Origin: a bacterium
GTDB lineage: Bacteria; Patescibacteriota; Minisyncoccia; UBA6257; JAGOQP01
Assembly: GCA_021812345.1 (NCBI GenBank)
Contig: JAKANP010000003.1
Location: 82 to 64,081 of the forward strand
Length of the DNA stretch: 64,000 nucleotides
Direction of reading: 5' to 3'
Positions 57,441-64,000 of this stretch are shown here, piece after piece. How positions within the stretch are numbered: position 1 is the stretch's first letter; each line of letters starts with the position of its first letter. The notes under the pieces are model-generated. The model worked only from the letters and a program-made list of their open reading frames with translations, made no database searches and was not told the origin of the DNA. The translations under genes and the position numbers were made by a program.

Positions 57441-58322
57441 ATGGCGTCACAATTAAGAGAAATAGTTCAACAGTCAAAATTTCAAAAAACAGCGGTCGGT
57501 CATTTTAATATTTCCGACTTGGTGGGTTTGAATGCTATTTTTACGGCGGCGTTTTCGCTAAAATTACCGGTCATTATCGGGGTATCGGAAGGAGAGCGTG
57601 AATTTATCGGCACCAAACAGGCGGCGGCTTTGGTTAAGAGCATAAGAGATGAATACAATTATCCGATTTTTATCAATGCCGATCACACTCATTCTTTGGA
57701 AAAAATAAAAGAAGCGGTTGAGGCGGGATTTGATGAAGTGCTTTTTGATGCCGGGCAAAAACCGCTTGATGAAAATATCGCTTTAACTAAAGAAGTTGTC
57801 GGATACGTTAAAAATTATAACGAAACATATGGCAAAGACATTATGGTTGAGGGAGAGATTGGGTATATCGGCGGAGGTTCGGTTATTTTGGATAGGATTC
57901 CAGAAGGAGTTTCAATAAAAAAAGAGGATTTAACAAAACCGGAAGATGCCAAAAGATTTGTTCAAGAGACAGGCGTTGATTTACTGGCTCCGGCAGTGGG
58001 CAATATTCATGGAATGTTTGCCGATGTTCCGGACCCGAATCTGGACATTCAAAGAATTGTGGAAATTTATGAAGCATCTCAAACTCCTTTGGTTTTGCAC
58101 GGCGCTTCCGGAAATACGGCAGAAGACATAAAGCAAGCGATTGCTTCCGGAATTTCCATAGTTCATATCAATACCGAACTTAGAGCGGCGTGGAAAAGGG
58201 GACTCGATTTGGCGCTTTTATCTCACCCTAAAGAGATAGCTCCTTACAAAATTTTTCCGGAGATGGTTCATGAAGTTCAAAAAGTTGTATTGGAAAAGTT
58301 AAAAATTTTCAATAATATGTAG
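57441..58322 (+). CDS. fba: Class II fructose-bisphosphate aldolase
   Basis: NADH, VEGEIG, AVGNIHG, LVLHGASG, INTE. Confidence 0.92.
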   Translation: MASQLREIVQQSKFQKTAVGHFNISDLVGLNAIFTAAFSLKLPVIIGVSEGEREFIGTKQAAALVKSIRDEYNYPIFINADHTHSLEKIKEAVEAGFDEVLFDAGQKPLDENIALTKEVVGYVKNYNETYGKDIMVEGEIGYIGGGSVILDRIPEGVSIKKEDLTKPEDAKRFVQETGVDLLAPAVGNIHGMFADVPDPNLDIQRIVEIYEASQTPLVLHGASGNTAEDIKQAIASGISIVHINTELRAAWKRGLDLALLSHPKEIAPYKIFPEMVHEVQKVVLEKLKIFNNM

Positions 58323-58389
58323 CATTTTGTATTTATGTTTATTACAAATTAAAATTTTTTCCAGATTAATTATTCCAGATTAATTATCA

Positions 58390-59643
58390 ATGAATTTCCA
58401 TATAAAATACCTTGCCTACCGGCAGGCAGGCAAAATACAAAATACGCTATACCATCAAGACTCTTTTACTCTTGTTGAAATGATTGTTGTCATTGCTATT
58501 TTAACAATATTGACCGCTGCCGCGGTAGTTGTGATTAATCCCGTTGAGTGGCTCAAGCAATCACGCGATGTTCAAAGAATAACCGACTTAAAAAATATCC
58601 AATCGATAATCGGAAAATATAAATATAGCGGGAACAGAATCGGTTCGCTTGGAAATTCAAACACGGTATATGTTTCTTTGGTGGATGCGAGTTCTTCTTC
58701 TTGCGCCGATTTGGGATTGCCCGCGCTGGCATCGGGGTGGGTTTATAGTTGTGTCACCTCAACAAGCACTTTACAAGATGTTGACGGCACAGGATGGATT
58801 CCAATAAATATATCTTCTTTGGGGATCTTACCGTCTTTGCCGATTGATCCAAGCAATAATGCGACATCAAATCTCTATTATTCTTACATTGTAAATTCTT
58901 CGGGGCAGTTTGAGTTGACGGCAACGTTGGAATCGCAAAAAAAACTTAAAGATACTGCATTGGTTGACAGCGGGACTGATCCGGCAAAATATGAAGTGGG
59001 AGAAACGCTTACTTTATGGACTCAAGCATCAGGACTTGTGGGGTATTGGCCGTTTGAAAATAGTTTGTCTGATAATTCCGGTCTTGGATTCAACGGAACC
59101 TGGTATGGAACTTCAACTTCTAGATATGTTCCTGGTAAGGTTGGTTTCTCGGCTGGATTTTTCAACGGAAGTAGTGATTATGTGGACATTCCATATAATC
59201 AATCTTTGTCAATAACAAACAGTGCGACTTTATCGGGCTGGATATTTTCGACATCAACCTCCGCTTATCAAAGCATTGTGGGTATTCAAAATGCTCACAG
59301 ATTTCTTGCTGTCGGTGGTGGCAATGCTATGAACGGGTGGTGGAATACAAGCTTATTGGATGCCGCATATACCGGCTATGCATGTAATTACTTAAATGGT
59401 TGGCACTATGCTGCGCTTACTTATACATCATCTGATGGGTATTTGAGATTATATTGTGATGGCTTACCTGTTGGTAGTAAATATTATGGAGGAACTCTGG
59501 CAGTTTCTACAAATGATACGACCATAGGTGTTCGTTCCCAATCTCTTAATCTTTATGTTGCCGGATCAATTGATGATGTTCGTGTATATAGTCGAGCTCT
59601 TTCGACATCCGAAATTCAAAATATATACAACGCAACCAAGTAG
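58390..59643 (+). CDS. Type IV pilin-like protein with C-terminal LamG/ConA-like domain
   Basis: S|FTLVEMIVVIAIL, SRD..R..DL, GWIP, LPIDP, GLVGYWPF, GSIDDVRVYSRALS. Confidence 0.88.
   Translation: MNFHIKYLAYRQAGKIQNTLYHQDSFTLVEMIVVIAILTILTAAAVVVINPVEWLKQSRDVQRITDLKNIQSIIGKYKYSGNRIGSLGNSNTVYVSLVDASSSSCADLGLPALASGWVYSCVTSTSTLQDVDGTGWIPINISSLGILPSLPIDPSNNATSNLYYSYIVNSSGQFELTATLESQKKLKDTALVDSGTDPAKYEVGETLTLWTQASGLVGYWPFENSLSDNSGLGFNGTWYGTSTSRYVPGKVGFSAGFFNGSSDYVDIPYNQSLSITNSATLSGWIFSTSTSAYQSIVGIQNAHRFLAVGGGNAMNGWWNTSLLDAAYTGYACNYLNGWHYAALTYTSSDGYLRLYCDGLPVGSKYYGGTLAVSTNDTTIGVRSQSLNLYVAGSIDDVRVYSRALSTSEIQNIYNATK
58411..58431. repeat. Short palindromic element inserted in the pilin leader
   Basis: CTTGCCTACCGGCAGGCAGGC between AAAATAC heptamers. 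Confidence 0.75.
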
Positions 59644-59645
59644 TA

Positions 59646-59665
59646 CCTGTCTGCCGGCAGACAGG
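59646..59665. repeat. Perfect 20-bp palindrome of the same family
   Basis: CCTGTCTGCCGGCAGACAGG. Confidence 0.8.
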
Positions 59666-59827
59666 GAAATTTTATCCGCTTTTGCGGAATAAATAATAAA
59701 AGTTCAATACTTGGCGGGCTAAATAGTAATTGGAAATAAGCAGATGAAAATCAATTGAGATAAATAGAGACGGATAGAGATGCGATAGTATAATTTGACT
59801 AATAAATATATCGGTAGTATAAAATAA

Positions 59828-59955
59828 TCAGCTCGCTTCTAAACGGAGCTTTGCCGCGGACCCGCCAAGGAAGTTTTCAATCAAGTCCCGCCAAACTCAT
59901 CCGCTAAAAATCCACGCCGTTTTTTCCACTCAAGCCGCCTCCGCGGCCTTTTTTT
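59828..59955 (+). ncRNA. Candidate small RNA
   Basis: Promoter TTGACT-17-TATAAA (59795-59823); GCCGCGGA/TCCGCGGC long-range stem; ends in a T run. Confidence 0.35.
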
Positions 59956-60068
59956 ATTTTGTATGTTGTAGTTGGTATTTAGTATAAAAATAATCAAAAA
60001 GCTTGATTTTTTTCAGTTACTGTTGTAAATTGAACAGCGTACAAAATACAAAATACTAATTACCGATT

Positions 60069-60710
60069 ATGTTAAAGCTTGAAGTTAAAAAAAGAGAAAT
60101 TTTTGGAAGTAAAAACAAAAGCCTTTTTGAAGAAGGTCTGATTCCTGCCGAAATCTACGGACATGGATTTGAAAATGTTCATGCCAGTGTTGTATTGAAA
60201 GATTTCAAAAATGTTTTAAAAGAAGCGGGGGAAAGTTCGCTTATCACTGTTTCTGTTGGTAAGGATTCTTTTCCTGCTATTATTTATGATGTTCAAAAAG
60301 ATGTTTTGGGAGATAAAATAATTCATATAGATTTTTACCGGGTGAGAATGGACGAAAAGATAAAAGCTACAGTTCCTTTAATTTTTATCGGAGAAGCGCC
60401 GGCGGTTAAAGAAAAGGGAGGAGTCTTGGTCAAATCCGTTGAAGAAGTTGAAATAGAATCTCTTCCCGGAGATTTACCTCACCAACTTGAAGCTGATTTA
60501 TCCGTTTTGGCCGAACTGCATCAGAGTTTGCATATTAAAGATATTAAAGTTCCCAAGGGAGTTAAAATTTTAGTAGAACCGGAAATGGGTATAGCGACTG
60601 TTACTGAACAGCAAAAAGAAGAAGTAGTTGAAGCTCCCACAACTGAAGCTGCCGAAGGGGCTGTTACCGCCGAAGCTGAAGCTCAGCCGACTGCCGAAAC
60701 AGAAAAATAG
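60069..60710 (+). CDS. rplY: 50S ribosomal protein L25/Ctc
   Basis: IPAEIYG, HIDFY, VPL.F.GE.PAVK.GG, acidic tail. Confidence 0.95.
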   Translation: MLKLEVKKREIFGSKNKSLFEEGLIPAEIYGHGFENVHASVVLKDFKNVLKEAGESSLITVSVGKDSFPAIIYDVQKDVLGDKIIHIDFYRVRMDEKIKATVPLIFIGEAPAVKEKGGVLVKSVEEVEIESLPGDLPHQLEADLSVLAELHQSLHIKDIKVPKGVKILVEPEMGIATVTEQQKEEVVEAPTTEAAEGAVTAEAEAQPTAETEK

Positions 60711-60877
60711 AATACTGCTTCATCCAAGTCCTCATCCAATAAATCCGAAAAATAAAAATAAAAAATTTAAAACAAAAATCCCCTTTTTGTATTTACAAAA
60801 TCAGGGGATTTTTGTTATAATTTTTATATATCGCCAAAAGCACAAAATGACGAATTTTTTTAGTTATTAATCTTTTA

Positions 60878-62332
60878 ATGGACAGACGTTTAATATCGGA
60901 CATAGTTTATAAAGAACCTCAAAAAAGAATCAGACATTCCAAAGAACGTCTTGATTTAAGTTATAAAAAAATATTAAGAATACCTCTAAAAAAAATAATG
61001 GTTTATGGGGCTATTTCGTTTTCTATTTTTTATCTTTTACTGGGAGCGGCAAATGCTCCGATAAGCGAAGGATATCTTTTGGCGGCATCTAATGTTGATA
61101 CACAAAGAGCGGCTTATGAGGCGCAACTGCAGGATTTAGAAAATCAGATAGCTCAAGATGAACAGACGATTGAACAATACAGCAAACAAGGCGCAAGCTT
61201 GTCCGCGGAAATAAAAAAACTTAACGCCAGAATTTCTCAACTCAATTTGCAAATCAAAGCCATTACTTTGACTTTGGCAAAAATAAGCGGAGATATCAAT
61301 GTGACTAAACTTAAAATCACTCAAACCGAAAGCGATATTGAAACGCAAAAAGGTTATTTGTCGGCAGTCTTGCAAAGTGTTTATGAAAGCGATACCACTA
61401 ATGCCGTTCAAATAATGTTGGCAAATCCAAAATTATCCGACTTCTTTTTGGACTTAAATAATTTACTTGCCACACAAGATGATATTCGCTCAACTTTAGA
61501 TAACATAGTTCAACTTAAAAGTAATTTAATTGATCAGAAAGGAGTTTTGGCTTCTCAATACAACGACACCCAACAACTTCAGGAATATCAGTTAGCTCAG
61601 CAGCAGGCCGCTCAACAAACAGAAGCTCAAAAAAATGATTTGCTTAAAGTGACCAAAGGGCAGCAATCAAAGTACGAACAAATTGTTGCCGACAAAAAAA
61701 AGACAGCTGCTCAAATCAGGAGCCAACTTTATCAATTGCTTGGCGGAGGCCAACTTCAATTTGGAGATGCTTATCAACTGGCAAAAACAGCGCAAGATGC
61801 GACTGGGGTTAGGGCGGCTTTGATTTTGGCGGTGCTTGATAGAGAATCGGCTTTAGGAAGAAATGTCGGAAATTGTAAATACAATGTTAATCCTTATTAT
61901 CCAAACAAAGCATCAAATCCAACGACGATGAATCCAAAAAGAGATATTCCGATTTTTCTGCAAATTATGCAATCGCTTAGTATGAATCCTGACAGCGTTT
62001 CGGTTTCTTGTCCTATTCCAAGAGACGGAGCTTATGGTGGAGGAATGGGGCCAGCGCAATTTATTCCTTCAACTTGGTCTTTGTATCAAAGTCAGATTGC
62101 TTCTATTACCGGACATAGCGTTCCTTCTCCGTGGAATAATTTGGATGCGTTTGTGGCGACGGCTCTTTATTTGAAAGACGCAGGCGCTACCGGTTCGTTA
62201 TATAATGAAAAAGTTGCGGCAGCAAAATATTATGCCGGAGGAAGTTGGCAATATTACATTAATACTTACGGAGCGGCAGTTATTGCCAAAGCCGACGAGT
62301 TTCAAGGAGATATAGATGTTTTAACGGGATAA
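60878..62332 (+). CDS. Coiled-coil (PcsB/CwlO-like) lytic transglycosylase
   Basis: TM helix, long coiled coil, RES, GGMGPAQFIPSTW, A.YL. Confidence 0.85.
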   Translation: MDRRLISDIVYKEPQKRIRHSKERLDLSYKKILRIPLKKIMVYGAISFSIFYLLLGAANAPISEGYLLAASNVDTQRAAYEAQLQDLENQIAQDEQTIEQYSKQGASLSAEIKKLNARISQLNLQIKAITLTLAKISGDINVTKLKITQTESDIETQKGYLSAVLQSVYESDTTNAVQIMLANPKLSDFFLDLNNLLATQDDIRSTLDNIVQLKSNLIDQKGVLASQYNDTQQLQEYQLAQQQAAQQTEAQKNDLLKVTKGQQSKYEQIVADKKKTAAQIRSQLYQLLGGGQLQFGDAYQLAKTAQDATGVRAALILAVLDRESALGRNVGNCKYNVNPYYPNKASNPTTMNPKRDIPIFLQIMQSLSMNPDSVSVSCPIPRDGAYGGGMGPAQFIPSTWSLYQSQIASITGHSVPSPWNNLDAFVATALYLKDAGATGSLYNEKVAAAKYYAGGSWQYYINTYGAAVIAKADEFQGDIDVLTG

Positions 62333-62341
62333 ATATTAAAT

Positions 62342-62375
62342 AAAAAACCGTCCCAATTTATCGGGACGGTTTTTT
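62342..62375. terminator. Bidirectional intrinsic terminator
   Basis: AAAAAACCGTCCC-loop-GGGACGGTTTTTT between convergent genes. Confidence 0.8.
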
Positions 62376-63105
62376 ATTGCTGTTTAGAAAATTCTTTGAT
62401 TATAGGATCCAGGTCGCCGGCTATTATTTTTTCTATGTTGTGAAATTTTTTACCTATGCGATGGTCGGTTACGCGATCATCGGGGAAATTGTATGTTCTT
62501 ATTTTTTCAGAACGTTCCATTGAACCGATTTGTTCTCTTCTTAGTGCTCCCAAGGAGCTGGCTTGCTGGCGCTGCATTTCTTCGTAAAGCTTTGAACGCA
62601 AAATAGTCAGCGCGCTTTCTTTGTTGGCGTTTTGAGAACGTTCGGTCTGGGAAGCGACAACAACTCCGGTAGGTTTGTGTAAAACTCTCACTGCCGTTTC
62701 AACTTTATTGACGTTTTGTCCTCCGGGTCCCGACGAGCGGAAAAATGAAATTTCCAAATCGTTTGGATTTATTTCAAAAACTTTTTGTTCCACTACCGGA
62801 AGTATTGCCACTGAAGCGGTTGAAGTATGGACTCGTCCGGATTTTTCTGTTGCCGGAACTCTTTGAATTCTGTGGACTCCGGATTCATGTTTCAAAGCTT
62901 CGTAAACTCCGGCTCCCTCCATTTTTCCGATAAAAGTTTTATATCCGCCAAGAGTTGTTTGGTTTGAATCAATAACAGAAAATTTCCAGTTTCTTTTCTG
63001 GGCATATTTTTGGTACATATTAACCAATTCACCGGCAAAAATTGAGGCCTCGTCACCACCAGCTCCGGCTCGTACTTCTATGATTATTTTGTTTATATTA
63101 TCCAT
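62374..63105 (-). CDS. prfA: Peptide chain release factor 1 lacking the N-terminal domain
   Basis: EVRAGAGGDEA, ESGVHR.QRVPATE (PxT), GPGGQNVNK, IRTYNF. Confidence 0.85.
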   Translation of the reverse strand: MDNINKIIIEVRAGAGGDEASIFAGELVNMYQKYAQKRNWKFSVIDSNQTTLGGYKTFIGKMEGAGVYEALKHESGVHRIQRVPATEKSGRVHTSTASVAILPVVEQKVFEINPNDLEISFFRSSGPGGQNVNKVETAVRVLHKPTGVVVASQTERSQNANKESALTILRSKLYEEMQRQQASSLGALRREQIGSMERSEKIRTYNFPDDRVTDHRIGKKFHNIEKIIAGDLDPIIKEFSKQQ

Positions 63106-63116
63106 ATGCTATGAAA

Positions 63117-63195
63117 TACGAAAAAAGTACGAAACTACGAAATTACGAAAAAATTATCTGCTTTCGTACATTCGTAAAAATTTCGTACTTTCGTA
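63117..63195. repeat. Inverted cluster of 4x TACGAAA and 4x (T)TTCGTA
   Basis: TACGAAA at 63117, 63128, 63136, 63144; (T)TTCGTA at 63162, 63171, 63181, 63189. Confidence 0.8.
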
Positions 63196-63202
63196 GAGAA
63201 AA

Positions 63203-63478
63203 CTACTTTGCTTTCTTAGTTTTTTTAGCAGCTTTAGCGGTTCTCTTTTCGGTTTTGCTTCGGGTTGTCGTTTTTGACGCTTTTTCTCTCTTGGCTTTAA
63301 ATTTCTCAACGCGTCCCGCTGTATCTATCAATTTTTCTTTACCGGTATAAAACGGGTGGCAAGCATAGCAAATTTCGACGGCAATTTCTTTTTTAGTTGA
63401 GCCGACATAAAAAACGTTTCCGCAAGCGCAAGTAACCTTGGCGTTTGGATAATATTCCGGGTGAATTTCTTTTTTCAT
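63203..63478 (-). CDS. rpmE: 50S ribosomal protein L31
   Basis: [28 protein letters not shown]. Confidence 0.96.
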   Translation of the reverse strand: MKKEIHPEYYPNAKVTCACGNVFYVGSTKKEIAVEICYACHPFYTGKEKLIDTAGRVEKFKAKREKASKTTTRSKTEKRTAKAAKKTKKAK

Positions 63479-63629
63479 ATAAATATAAATAATTGAATAA
63501 CTGTAGTTAATTATTAATACACAAATAATATCGGAAAATCAAAAAAAGTCAACAAAATCCAAACTAAAGCGCTTTGACTAGCGTGTTCTCGAAAATTTTT
63601 ATGCGATATGTTTTTAAATGAATAATTTC

Positions 63630-63657
63630 TTGACAATGAACGATTGTTTTGTATACT
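63630..63657 (+). promoter_or_regulatory. rRNA promoter
   Basis: TTGACA-16bp-TATACT with AT-rich upstream sequence, about 300 bp before the 16S gene. Confidence 0.7.
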
Positions 63658-63960
63658 TATATCACTTCGTTTTTTAACGGAGAGAACATTAAAATTCAAT
63701 AACCTTAATAATGAGAATTTGTGCGAGCTAGAGATTTAAAATTAATTTTAAAATCTAAAACTGAATTTGAAAACTTTTTTGGTTAACCAAGTCTAAAAAT
63801 TGTCAAAAATTTTTAAACCATTGTCCGTGTAAAAGCGGACCTAAGGCGTCGAAATTTTTGCTACAATTTAACCATTTTTGTTTTTTGATTTTCAAAAGAT
63901 AAAAATAAATATCTGTGGCAGAATTTTCCACGTCTTTGACGGTTTGGAGATTTTGACATT

Positions 63961-64000
63961 TATATTGAGAGTTTGATCCTAGCTCAGGATGAACGCTGGC
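63961..64000 (+). rRNA. rrs: 16S rRNA 5' end (truncated by window)
   Basis: AGAGTTTGATCCTAGCTCAGGATGAACGCTGGC. Confidence 0.96.

Noticed and set aside
63111-63350. 79-aa plus-strand ORF
   Set aside because: Antisense to rpmE and built from the TACGAAA repeats.

Overview
Low-GC (about 35% by eye) bacterial chromosome segment whose gene content and style point to Patescibacteria/CPR (Parcubacteria-like; inference). It holds a complete type IV pilus cluster (pilM/N/O, pilB, pilT, pilC, pilD, pilins), ligA, tsaD, rodA, rpoBC, rpsF-ssb-rpsR, parAB, relA/spoT, topA, dprA, rplS, pheS, gap, a pentose-phosphate/glycolysis cluster, rplY, a shortened RF1, rpmE, four tRNAs and the start of a 16S rRNA gene. 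The most unusual signals are non-coding or cassette-like: (1) a PaaX/Cas2-fold gene bracketed by 45-bp direct repeats with a TACGATCGTA palindromic core; (2) a structured element found downstream of two different tRNA-Leu genes, each ending in a copy of its own tRNA 3' end, plus orphan tRNA halves broken at the anticodon loop; (3) a 39.8-43.1 kb island with a LAGLIDADG gene overlapping tRNA-Leu, a 5x62-bp nested-palindrome tandem array, a high-GC orphan gene and a translin/TRAX-like gene behind a long hairpin leader; (4) a 20-21 bp mobile palindrome, one copy inserted in frame in a pilin leader; (5) a candidate sRNA upstream of rplY. All calls come from reading the sequence; no searches were run.
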